A stretch of DNA of 60,000 nt from Lytechinus pictus (GCF_037042905.1 NC_087246.1:9860001-9920000); one strand, 5' to 3'. Shown: positions 22,701 through 34,900, counted from the first letter of the stretch. Notes: generated from the sequence alone by a model not told the origin. Numbers and translations are program-made.

Positions 22701-25700
22701 TATGCACCAAATATATATCATCGCACTTCGAGTTATTATTGTTTTATGTAGTGACATATGCTTCTTTTCATGACTACTTAAAGTGATAGCCCCATTTTTA
22801 GGTCTGTATATAAAAAAAATCCTTGTTCGTGTTCGTGCTTACGTTCGAATTAGTGGATTGATGAGATTTGTCTGCTCTTCATGAATTCCTGAAATCGGTC
22901 CTTAAAATGTCTCTTCTTCTAATGTAAATATCAAAAATTTTCAGCTCGCGCTTCGCGCTCGCATCATTTGTTTAGTGAAATACGTATGGTCATAGTAGAT
23001 TCCTACAAACAAGCATTAGAATGCCCCTCTTCAGATCTGAATTTTCTATATTTTAAGCTCGCACTTTGTGCTACTGAGATGCGTATGATAATCATAATTA
23101 CTATGACTACAAAAAGCTCTTCATGTGTTTGAATGTGATTCTAACAAAATCAGCAATCGCTTGGCACTCGCATTGGATGACTTAATGGTGAGATATGTAT
23201 ACTCTTAATGGATTCAAAAAAAGAAATAGTCCTTAAAATGTCCCTGTTTGGGGTCAATATATACAAAATTTTCAGCTCGCGCTTCGCGCTCGCATCATTT
23301 TGTACGTGAAGTACGTATGGTCTTCGTAAATTCCTACAAACAAGCCTTAGAATGCTTCTCTTCAGGTCTGAATTTCCTAAATTTATAGCTCGCGCTTCGC
23401 GCTCGCAATATTTGATTAGTGAGATGCGTATTTTAATCATGATTACAATGACTACAAAAGGTGTTTCATGTTTTCTAACAAAATCAGCAAGCGCTTGGCA
23501 CTCAAGTTAGATGAGTATTTTTGATTTCTAAAAAATAGTCCTTAACTGTCTCTGTTTGGGGTCAATAAATACAAATATTTCAGCTCGCGCTTCGCGCTCG
23601 CATTGTTCGTTTAGCGAGACAGATACGTATTTTTTATTTAATAGCTTATTTTGATCCATTTAGGTATGAATTTCAAAAATTTTCAGCTCGCGCTTCGCGC
23701 TCGTATCATTTGATCAATGAGATACATTACATATCCGTTTAATGGCACAGTCCTTAAAATGTCTCTATATAGGGTCAATAGGCCTATACCTGGTAATTGA
23801 GCGCGCTTACTGAGCGACTCAAAATTTTTGCTGGTGCCCCCCCAATGCCGTGACCCACGGTACGCCACTGTTTGCAACAAAGGTTACGGTGCCTTGAAAA
23901 GACATGAATCCTATGTCAAGGAGACATTGACTACTTGAACAAGTTGAATTGTGTGCTTGACAGGGCAATGTTAATACAGAAGGATTAATATCTTTCAAAG
24001 GCACCATAGCCTTTTCAGCACATTATAAAAATATTTGATTAAATAACAAGTTCTCCTATTAGGAATGCGAATCTCCTTACTTGGGTCGAGTTTTTTTTAG
24101 CTTTTACTTATTTAAAAAAATCACTACTGAAAGATACCATATAAAAAAAACCCAGAACAATTCAAGTAAATGAATAGAATTCGAAAATTTGGGTACAGAT
24201 AATGAAATGATGAAAAGGAGGTTTGCTGATTAGATTCAGATTTATTTCCAACAGAACATAATAAACAATTAGCAAATAGTCTGATGGTTATGCCATTTGG
24301 CGCAAGCCTTTTTTGAACCCCTGACAAAAACGTTTCGTGTTCGCTCAAGAATGAACGAAACTCAATTTTTAAAATGGCATTTGAAAAATAAGACATTAGA
24401 GCATCTTGTAACATCAAAATATAGACATCATAATTTGAAACAAAATTTTGATAGACTTTTCAAAACTGTCCCGTTTTTTTGATACGCACTGTATATGAAT
24501 GTGGGTGTGGAAGATCGTTTGTGTGTAAAGAGAGAGAGAGAGAGAGAGAGGAATCATGATAAATGGCAATGGTGACACGCATATCGAATCTAGGCATACA
24601 TGTCGTAAAACAGAGGGGAGAGTTTTTTATGCAAGTAAGGAACAAAATAATAGTAGATAACTTTGATCTTAATTACTTTCACAGACAAAACTTAAAGAAA
24701 CATCTTACAAAATCAACGAATACATGATAATTATAATCATAACCATGAGCCTTTTATAATAGTGACGGGGTATAGATAGTCTTGAAAATGATGACATGAT
24801 GATTTTGGATAGGGCTGTACATAATAGAGAAAATGAAAATTGTATTATTTTTTAAGCGTCATGCAAAGGTTATTCTTCTCCCCTACATGCATAAAGAATA
24901 ACTATTATAATTATATATATGATTATAATGGCCTTCTTCAAAAGTTATTATTCCATGAGCCACGCTAGACACAGCACACAAGATAGACACATCACACAGC
25001 ACTATGTTCCAATGAAAGGAGCAAACACTTTGTTGATCATGGTGCCATTTGGTTATTCACTGAGGCTTGATGAGCGCAGGTCATGAAATCTTAACTATTT
25101 ACATCTCTAGTCTTGTCGAGTGCATTTTTATTATTATTTCTTACCTGTGTAAGTGACTGGATGGTCATCTTCTCCACATAGGTATTCCCCCTCTGTAACA
25201 TCATCTCTGCAATTAAGCCATATAGACTGTCCGTTCGAGATGCTATTGACGTACGTGTTCTCCTCAGTGGATGTTATCTCAACTATCAAAGCTTCTTGAT
25301 TTTGACATGTTGTAAACGATGTGTCCCAGCTCATGCTACCGGCATGAAAGTAGTAGCAACTGGACGAAAATTCACCCCATCCTTCAGGGCAATCAGCTAA
25401 ATTGATAGACAAGATGAATAAGGAATGCCTAACTTTTTTGTGACGGTGTAATATTTGAAAAAATGTGTTTTGTAACTTATAGAGTTGATTGCCCAATACG
25501 ACAGAAAAAAAAGTACATCACTTGTAACCGAAGACTCGCATTCATGTCTACTTAGCTGTTGGTGCCCTTACTTTGGATCGAACGAAAGCTTTTTACCCCC
25601 CCCCCCGCCTCTGTCAAATTTTGTTTAAAAAAAATGTTTAATTCGTTAACATCACTTTCTGCAGACGACACTATGTTACGTATTGTCAATAAACCACTAT

Positions 25701-27023
25701 AGTATTTGAAAATACACTGAAAGAAGAACTGTCTTTAAATTGTAATCGGCATAAATAGCTTCTTTTTAATATTATAACTAAGTAAGTGTACCTTCCTGCT
25801 ATGTCCGTTCAAAATCATTCAGTGGTAATGAAAAAAAAAAAAAAAAAGAATAAATGAAAATCAATGTTTTGGGATTTCGATATATACAAATATGTACGGC
25901 CTTCGATCGGAAGTTTGGTGAAACTATGGTCCCCTCAGTGACGCGAATGCGACAATTTTCCTTCGGGGCTGCGTCCCTCAGGAAAATAGTCGCAATTCTG
26001 CGTCACTTTGGGAACCATAAATAATCAAACCAACTCCTTTGGCGGCCATTCATAGGATACATGTATACACACACATACACACCCACACACATTTCAGGTA
26101 ATCCCCGGACATTGATTATTGTTAATATTATTATGTATATTGTTAAGTTTCATTTGAGAGTTTGTTTTCACGTTATTATGTTGTGTATTCCTGGAAAATA
26201 AACAACAAATAGTATATCCCTTTTCTCACTGGTCTCTCCTTTATATACCGATGTGAATATAGGGACTTGTAAAAAAGTAGGACACTCATGCGTTACTTGA
26301 AAAATCAGAAATCTGGGTACATCAGTCAAAAGATATTCTTCTACCCAACTCTCAATCAACTACACAACTCTATAAATAAGTTGAAAATGTCTTTCTTTCA
26401 CACCTTTTGTGACATTAAAGTGTACCACATAGTTTTGGTAGATTATATGCTATGCTAATTGATAACTTAGCAAACTTCTAAAAACAAAATTGTTTGATGA
26501 CAGACGGATAACAATGTAGTTGAAAACTTCACCATGTTCTACAGTTGGATGCATTGAGCTCTTCATGAAATTTTATTCACGAACTTTGTATTGCCATATA
26601 TTTTCATGAACGGTGTTTTTGTTATTATCAATCTATTTTTGTGAGCATTTTACTGCAGCTACTTATGTAGTTGTCCCATTTTACACAGGGATGCCCAAAT
26701 CTATGATGATCATGACCTTGCTTGATGCGTTAATTTATATTATGTAAAAAAAGTTACCCTAGGAATATTTTCTGAGCATGCAAAAATTTCCCATTTCACG
26801 TCGGTCTCCCCCTGTTGAATTTTGCGTCCTATATACTATAGCTATGGTCCCGCTATGGTAAACACGGTAAAGCAGCAATTTTTGTGGAGAGAAGCATAGT
26901 TTAGGAATTAAGGATTTACTCACACAATACTTGGCTGAAACACATCATGAATGTCAGAATCACATCAACAGTAGTAACTTTCGACGAAACGAGTCCCGAA
27001 AAATAACTGTTACAAAAAGCCAT
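19717..27023 (-). CDS. C-type lectin domain + Thr/Pro-rich linker + PAN/apple domain protein (~286 aa), probably secreted
   Basis: Exons 27023-26924 (MAFCNSYF...VILTFMMCFSQVL), 25396-25145 (DCPEGWGEFSSSCYYF...WDTSFTTC...IWLNC), 20759-20643 (WGPLKPS..DCVYFLAGSWSDANCAIPKSVVCEK), 20108-19717 (TTEQSMSTVPVTTECPITTEGPITT...CLVGHVIKDI..SLIRCLDSCIRLPTCSSMNV....CQLN). All introns are phase 1; total 861 nt. Confidence 0.88.
21330..21697 (+). mobile_element. 3' fragment of a second Helentron/DINE-like family (two ~163-bp units)
   Basis: Repeat CTCATTTCTT..TTTCTGCATC..TTATGTTC at ~21347 and ~21509, containing GGTCAAAGGTCA. Ends with CAGGCGAGAC, a hairpin GTGGTT..AACCAC and CTTGTT, paralleling the 3' end of 1982-2800. 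Confidence 0.6.
21774..23870. mobile_element. hAT-like non-autonomous element with internal GCTCGCGCTTCGCGCTCGC repeats
   Basis: TIR CAGTGGCGTA / TACGCCACTG with a perfect 8-bp TSD TTTGCAAC (21766-21773, 23871-23878). Confidence 0.9.
22043..22643. mobile_element. Kolobok/T2-like MITE family A, copy 2
   Basis: TTAA-AGGTCAAGTCCAC ... GTGGACTTGTCCT-TTAA. Confidence 0.9.
25925..26019. mobile_element. Small palindromic element / MITE core
   Basis: TATGGTCCCC..AGTGACGC..TGCGACAATTTTCCT / AGGAAAATAGTCGCA..GCGTCACT..GGGAACCATA. Degenerate arms may extend ~25 bp further each side. Confidence 0.6.
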
Positions 27024-27435
27024 CGTCCTATATTAGGCCACTTCTGTGTCCTGATCTGAACAATAAAGTAATGGCATCACTTGGTTCAGACGTGATGATT
27101 GTCATCTGATTCTATTCGTAAGGGACTCCCTTCATGTTTTAATAAAGGCATTTATTAGCCTACTTCCTTGATACAGGACTTCTGTTTGCGTAACAGAGGC
27201 GATAATTACCGTTAAAGAATTCATACGCTGCCAATATGCTCGTCTAACGTAGTAGCTCATGAAACAATTAATTTCGCTACAATAAAGAAAATTTAATTGT
27301 GTGATCAACATATTATTGTTCATTAGTAACCCATTGTTGGATTGTGTAGATAACACAACTGCTATTTGTTTGCTTATTAAACTTTTGTTTTCGTAAACAT
27401 CGCTGTGTATTTAATGGGGGAAGGTCGAAGGGGGA

Positions 27436-28070
27436 TCAAGAAGAAGAAGAAGAAGGAGGATGAGGAGGAGAAGAAGGAGGAGGGAGGAGAAGGAGGAGGA
27501 GGAGGAGAAGAAGAAGAAAAAAAAATATTAGAAGAGAAGAAAAAGTAGAACTAATTAAGAGAAGGGGAAGAAGAAAAAAATAAGAAAAGGAGGAAGAGAA
27601 TAAAAAGAATAAAAACAAAGATTACGAAAGTATTAGAAGAGAAGAGTAGAAACAAAAAAAGAAGGGGAGAAGAAAACAAATATGGAGTAGAAATAGAGGA
27701 GAAAGAGAAGAATAATAAAAAGAAGATGATGAAGAGGATGAAAATATTAAAAGAAGAGAAGAAGAATGGAAACAGAAAAACAGGGGGAGAGGAACACATA
27801 AATAGAGAAGAAGAAGAGGAAGAGCAGAAAGATGATAAAGAAGAATAAGAGGAAGAAAAACAAGAGAAGAAGAAGAAAAAAAAGTTTGAAGAAGCAAAGG
27901 GAAAATTTAATGATATTAAGAAATAAAAATTATGATGATAATAGTCAAGAATGATAATGATGATGATGACGATGATAATGATGATGATAATGAATGCATG
28001 AAGATAATGATAACGCCGACGACGACGTTGGTGCTGTTGATGATAAATGATGATGATGATGATGATGTTG
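27436..28070 (+). repeat. Purine-rich low-complexity tract (GAA/GGA) followed by (GAT/AAT)n microsatellites
   Basis: Directly visible; it generates the spurious poly-F/L/S/I ORFs. Confidence 0.9.
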
Positions 28071-28521
28071 ACGGATAGCGTCGCCCGCCTCATGAATGGA
28101 TGTGTTTTTTGTGGAAAACTGAGGCGATCGAGACCTTTAAAAGATGATGATGATTATGCTCAGTTAATGAGTACGTAGAGTAACTGGAACTTGGTTCCAG
28201 ATATTTTTGTGGAAAATTGAGGGAAGACTTTAAACAATATAGGATTATCACGGTTTTGGCGTTTCTTGGCCAATTATGCCCATGGCTTCCTCCTTTTTAA
28301 AATCCTACCTCGCCCCTGCCCCCAATGTGTACCTTTGACAGAATGAAACCTATTCGATCTGAATTATCGGATGGTATAATACCACTTGGTCTACTTATCA
28401 GTAAGTAAACCGATCTGACGCCGAAAAGAAGAAAACAAACACAAAAACTATCCTTAAATTTATTGACGTATGAATGTGTGGAGCTGGCAAGCCCGCCCGA
28501 ATACTGCTATAGGCCTACAGC

Positions 28522-28896
28522 TAGGGCCCTGGGAAAGATTTATTTAACAGGGGGTGCCAGTTTGAATTTAAAGTAATCATTTCAATTTATTCTGATAAAA
28601 AAAAACTCATTTTGGTTCTTGAAAATGGATGAACACCGGGACTGAACATTGGGCTTATAAAATACCATCCCAAAAGTTTCAAAGTTCAAAGTATCATATC
28701 CACAGGAACAATTATAAAACCTTAGAGATGTAAACCAAAGTTTAAAAATAACTGGGGGTTGCATGGTTTCAATGACTATGTGTATACAGCGAATCTATGC
28801 AACACAACAGGTAAGTAAATAGAGGGGGGGGGGGGGGGGGGTGCTTCGGCACTCCCAGGCTAGGCCAGCGCCAGCACCCCGAATTCCAGGGCCATA
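28522..28896. mobile_element. Probable hAT-like MITE in the SETD6 proximal promoter
   Basis: TAGGGCCCTGGGA ... TTCCAGGGCCATA termini and G-run/GCACC subterminal motifs. No convincing TSD. Confidence 0.5.
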
Positions 28897-28938
28897 GCCC
28901 CCGAGCATAACGTAGATGGCGCAAACTTTATAAATCGA

Positions 28939-28950
28939 CAAGATGGCAGC
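28939..28950 (+). promoter_or_regulatory. YY1-like motif overlapping the SETD6 start codon
   Basis: CAAGATGGCAGC versus the YY1 consensus CAAGATGGCGGC, an arrangement common in housekeeping genes. Binding is not shown. Confidence 0.45.
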
Positions 28951-31900
28951 GCCCATGAAAAGAAAATGTGACGAATCTGGAACAAATGTTTCACCGCCTA
29001 AAGAAGAATTCCTTGTCAAAAAACAAAGTACGGACTGTCAGATATTTTTATCATGGTGTGATAAAGAAGGAATCTTTAAAAATCCTAAGGTTTGTTGCCA
29101 TTTGATTTAGATATCTATGTATGTAGAATAGAGTCGACTATGTTTGCACTGACTTTGCACGGGGCGGGCTACCTCGAGCGAAGTTCGTGCAGGCTCCACT
29201 AGTCACTCCTCTTCACTACCCCAGGGCCCTACCCGGGTAGGTGGAGTGTAGTGTAGCGGTAGTGAAGTGGAGCCTGCACGAACTTCGCTCGAGGCAGGGG
29301 CGGGCATGAGTCATGACGCCGGGCATGCTGGGTTTGCTACTAAGAGTCAAGTAAGTACGGTACGGTAGCTAGCCCAGGCGGCTTCTTCATGTTCTTGAGA
29401 GTAAAAATCATTTACTAACGTAGGCTTACTCTAGTCTAAACGAAGCCAGGCAGTCCTCCCTATTCATCTGCGTGTACCGCTAAAAACCCTGAAACTTTTG
29501 CCTCTGAGATTTCTACTTTCCTTCTAAAAAATCTAGCTCTAAATCATGTACATGGGATAACTTCTTTTCCGACATTTCTACGCTCTCGTTGTTATTTTTA
29601 AAACAAGAATTCATCAAAAAAATGAAAAAATATTGTGAAAAGACGGAAGAGACTTGCCCGATGTTTACGCCGCCATCTTGTTTCTTATTGTACTTCCCCA
29701 ACGTTACGGACACGAGCGTCGCGTAACGTACTTCCCCAACGTTACGGACGCGAGCGTCGCGTAACGTACTTCCCCAACGTTACGCGACGCTCGCGTCCGT
29801 AACGTTGGGGAAGTACGTTACGCGACGCTCGCGTCCGTAACGTTGGGGAAGTACAATAAGAAACAAGATGGCGGCGTAAACATCGGGCAAGTCTCTTCCG
29901 TTTTTTCACAATATTTTTTCATTTTTTTGATGAATTCTTGTTTTAAAAATAACGAGAGCATAGAAATGTCGGAAAAGAAGTTTTATCGCATGTACATGAT
30001 TTAGAGCTAGATTTTTTAGAAGGAAAGTAGAAATCTCGGGGGCGAAAGTTTCAGGGTTTTTTGCGGTACACGCAGATGAATAGGGAGGACTGCCTGGCTT
30101 CGTTTAGAGTAAGCCTACGTTAGTAAATAATTTTTACTCTCAAGAAGCCGCCTGGCTACCCAGGGAGCTCCGGTCGTGAAGCGGGTCGGAGCCCAGGACT
30201 CGTCCGTGTAATATTAGGCAGAGGGTACTCTCCAAAATGGGGTAGAATGAGGTCGCAATAGCACCCCAAATATGATGGTCTATCTTGAATCAGAATCCCA
30301 ACATCAGACAGCATCAATGATTCGAGGCACAAACTCAAACTGGGCCCTCAAAAAAGGAAAAGTTATGTCTCGTTCGTTCTCCAACATTTAAAATTGAAAA
30401 CAAAATGGCCGATTGATACCGAGAGAACGAACGCGACATAGAGGTCTAACTTTCCCTTTTTTTGAGGGTCCAGTTTGTGCCTCGATATAAGGATTCTGTG
30501 TCACGATACTCGATAGACCTTCATCCATATAATCGAGGTAGATCTAAGTGCCTAATTTATTTTTTCCCCTTTTATTTTGAGTGCTTTTGAGACCCCATTT
30601 TAGAGAGTACCAATGTCTGCCTATATAGTAATTACACAGAAAAGTCCTTGGCTCCGGCCTGCTTTGCGGGCCGGAGCTCCCTGTGTTACTAAGACGCATA
30701 ACGTTAGAGACACTATTGCCACTCTCTCTGTGAGGTTCACTGGCAGAGCCATAGAGCTCCGGCCCGCGAAGCTGGCCGGATCCCTGAAGGTAACCATGGC
30801 ATAGGTTGCCACAGGTAACAAATACTATGGGTACCTTCAAGGCCGGGTGGGTGTTTCATAAAGCTGTTCGTAAGTTAAGAGCGACTTTAAGAACGACTGG
30901 TGATCCTTTCTTGTGGTAAATGGTACATTTATTGGCGATGATTTAGCCCATAAGAAAGGATCACCAGTCGTTCTTAAAGTCGCTCTTAACTTACGAACAG
31001 CTTTATGAAACGGCCCCCAGGTTGGGGTACCAAAAACACTATAAAAAAAATTAAAAAAAAAAAATCTTGCACCCACATCAATCATGTCAATTCTAACCAA
31101 CGGCAGAATCTGATGATCGAAGCAGTCGCCAGACCCTCAAAAAGGGGGGAAAAAGGCTGCGTTCGATCTCTCGCTTTCAAAATTGCAAACCATACTGGCC
31201 AATCTATATAATGATGGCATATGCGTCCTGGGTACTGGGAAGCTTATTTCGATCAGCCAGTTTTTTCCCGAATTTCGTGATCGGGAACTGCTCCAACATG
31301 AATAGATCTATTTCTGCTTGATCGCGTGTCACGACATCAGTGACAGTGTCAAGTTCTCATTCAGATATCACTTCGCTTGGCCTTGCTGTAGTTTTGATAT
31401 GGACCAGGTGGGTGTTTCATAAAGCAGTTCGTAGGTTAAGAGCGACTTTAAGAACGACTGGTGATCCTTGTGGAAAATGGTACATTCATTGGCGATGGTT
31501 TAGCGTGTAAGAAAGATTCACCAGTCATTCTTAAAGTCGCTCTTAAATTACGAACAGCTTTATGAAACGGCCCTGAAGTTAGCCACCGAAAGATCTGCCT
31601 TCGGCAGCTCACCCATTTGTTCGCCCAGTCGCATGTTTGCATTTTGGTCTCTAAGTAGCTTCAGTCCATATCAAAATTATGGAGAGACCAAACAAAGTCA
31701 TGAAAATTCAAATGAAGACGTCAAGATCGAAGCTGAAACTTTTGAAAGATAGCAGTTTCCAATCGTGATATTTGAAAAAGTTGTGGGCATATTGACCTTG
31801 AATTGAAAGTAGAAATGTGATTGATAGACTTATGACATTTGCGACCAATATGGAGAAATTTGCTTAGTCAGCCGGTGGGAGACTGCATTAAGTAGCGCCT

Positions 31901-34900
31901 CAACAATCACTTGCCGGTTAACCTTATGCTTACCTCAGGCGATGGTTCGTGTAGGCTCCACTACACTTCACTACCGCTAAACCTACCCGTACCATCGGGC
32001 GATAAAAACTCGCTCTCAAACACCAGTGACAAACTGTCACTTTTTGGTAAAAAAGGCAACACATTGCAGAAAAAAAAGACATTAGATCTAAGTGTACTCT
32101 ACAGTGACTAAACTTACCATCGGACACAGACTCTCACCTTGCCCTTTCTTGTAAATGTCTCAAAATCGGTGATATGAAGCCGGTTCGCAGTTTCCCACAT
32201 GTATTCACTCCAAAATGGTGAACGCGAATTGCGCAGCGCCATTTTGCAGTGAATTAATACGTGTAGGGAAGTTCAAATCATAAACATTGCCAGAGGCTTG
32301 CCAAAATAAAGCACCCCGTGATATTATACAACTGGATTTGAAGTATGTACGTATTATTTATTTTTACTAACGGGTTATAAGGAATACTTCATTTTCATTT
32401 TCCCAGGAAAGAATCGCCCATAAAACTAAATCATTAACAGTTTATTCCTCGCCAAATGTATGATTGAGTCTGGGAACAGTTTCAATGGATGACAAGATTC
32501 TCGTCAGCCATTCTTATGGCCTATATAAAATCTTGATGTGTTTCTTGATATAGGTAACAGTAAGACGACAAGGATCCTGTGCTCAGTGTGGTATGATAGC
32601 CCTGGATGATATCAGTAAGGGAGAGATCCTCTTTACCATTCCTAGGTCAGTCCTACTTCATCCAGGGACGTGTAGTCCAATCCTAGCACAACGACTTGAG
32701 CAAGGTATGTTTGTAAACATCAGTGCACATCATGCAACATAACGTAATTGAATCTTATAATGAGTTCTTTGATATTGAAATCACAATTGAGGATCATGCC
32801 AGTTGAATGTTTCATGTATGATATTGACACTTTGTGCTGCTTTCTTCTCTAAGATGTTGATTACCTGCATTCATTAATTCTCATAAGATTTCTTCATGGA
32901 CCATACAGTTCCATTAGGCAATTTTTTTTTAAATACACGGTAGTAGTAGTAATAAGAAGTTGGGAAGTCCATTTCTAAGTGTTGATCTTTTTTGTTTAAT
33001 TTGTTGTTACCCACAAAAAGCAAATGAAAATGCACTCTTTAGTGAAACATTGTTTTGTTTGTATTAAAATAAAATCTTTTGAAATTAATTCAAAATCTAA
33101 TCCAATGCTCTCAAATTAGCTACAGACATGCGCTTGCCCTGCTATCAGGAATTATCTGGTGTTATTCAGTTTTCTTCTTTCTGCCCATAGATGCAGATAG
33201 TTTGGAAACAGACAGTGGATGGGTGCCTCTTATCCTAGCAGTGATGTATGAATACACCAACCCCAGCACAAAATGGCGGCCATATCTTGATCTCTTCCCA
33301 GACTATACTGAACTTGATCAACCAATGTTCTGGGACAGGTACAGAGAAAATAATATCTGCAAAGAATAATGCTCCATGCAATTGTTTTTGCATGGTATGC
33401 ATTTACTTTTCTAAATTTATGCAAATGACAACTGTAAAAAGTATATCTTAGTATTGTAGTTGTTCTTATGAGGGTGTGTATGTTTGTGTTTGTCAACCCC
33501 TGTCTGGAACTATGATATTGATTCTTATGAACTTTGTGAAAGAAATTTAAGCTTCTGTGTGAGAAATTATTATGCACTGTGGCTCAACTTGTACAACAGC
33601 AGGCATACTGTAATTTGTTAATGTGGGTGGGGCCTGTGGCCTGTTGCAGAAAGATTTGCATGTAAACACATGTAAAAAAAAAAAATTGAGCACAAGTCTG
33701 ATTAGTTGAAAGTCAAGTTGCGTATGATTTTTGGAGTTGCATTGGATTGCAACTCGTTCAGCAATGAGCCCCTGTATTACTAAGAGAAGCCTAAGACTAA
33801 TACTATTGAACAACATTAATGTAATAATCCCTATGTATCTATTTTACCTTTATTCTTTCGTCCTTACAAGCAGAAGTTACATGGAACAGGAATTGAGAGG
33901 GACTGGTATACCTGAAGCAGTGCAAAGAGATCTCGGGAACATTGATAGTGACTACCGTGATACTGCTCTACCATTCATCAAGAAAAATACAGATTTGTTC
34001 AGGTAATCAGCATGTAACATTGATCTAGGGAATATTTCACGATAAGTATTGTAAGTGATTTTATAATCTACAAAAAATCCTTGCATCTGATTTGGCAAGA
34101 GAAAATTAGGCAATGAATATCACTAATACAATGAAATGCCCCCTAGTTGGGAATGACGCAATGAAGTCCTTATTTTTGTATTCCTGTTTTAGATCTTCTG
34201 TTCATTTTAGTGGAGTTGTTTACTGCTGTTTATTTTCCTTTGTGAAAGAAAAGACAATTTCAGAGTGACCTTTCGAAGAAATCTAAATGAGGATTAAGAG
34301 CAATTGTTTTCCTTCACCTGCTACTATTACCTTTTTCATTTGAATACAGTGAGGAGAAACACAACCTTGATCTCTACAAACGAACGGTATCATTCATCAT
34401 GGCCTATAGCTTTCATGAATCATCAGACTATGATGAGGATGATGATGACAGTGATGATGACGATGATTATCCACCCATGATGGTTCCCTTAGCTGATGCC
34501 CTGAATCACATCGCCAAGAACAATGCGCATCTCAAGTTTGGCAAAGAAAGTCTTAGGATGGTGGCTATCAAAGACATCAAAAAGGTATTAATTAATAACA
34601 GTAATTTAATTTTTCAATATTAAATAATTGCCTGTGGTATCTTGATCTGATGGTTATAGCAATTGTTTCAGTGACACATCTAAAATAATTCATTTTGATT
34701 TGGGTTTTAATCAAGTTAACCATATTCATTGTGGAGTTTCCTCGCAGACATAATAAAGGTGCAACTAACATAGGGTAAAGATTACTTCTTGAATTTTTAA
34801 AGAGGAAAGGGAGAAAAAGACCAAACCTGGTTATAGTTTGAATGCCAATTTTTGCTGTTCATTTCTTAACTCTACTTTTCCCTCAACTTTATTTTCTCTG

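Larger units (their letters stand above)
21096..24491. mobile_element. Tc1/mariner-like non-autonomous element with ~195-bp TIRs, host of nested insertions
   Basis: TA-CAGTGCGTATAAAAAAGGGGACAGTTTTGAAAAGTCTATC...GGCTTGCGCCAAATG (21096-~21290) is the inverted match of ~24295-24491, which is followed by TA. Confidence 0.85.

Noticed and set aside
27436..28093. Hydrophobic poly-F/L/I/S ORFs
   Set aside because: Translation artefacts of low-complexity DNA.
29690..29855. 38-bp palindromic repeats as CRISPR repeats
   Set aside because: The units are contiguous with no spacers and form the centre of a foldback element.
34414..34470. Poly-Asp insert in the SETD6 SET domain as a novelty
   Set aside because: SETD6 orthologues already have an acidic loop between AYSF and PxMVP; only the length differs.
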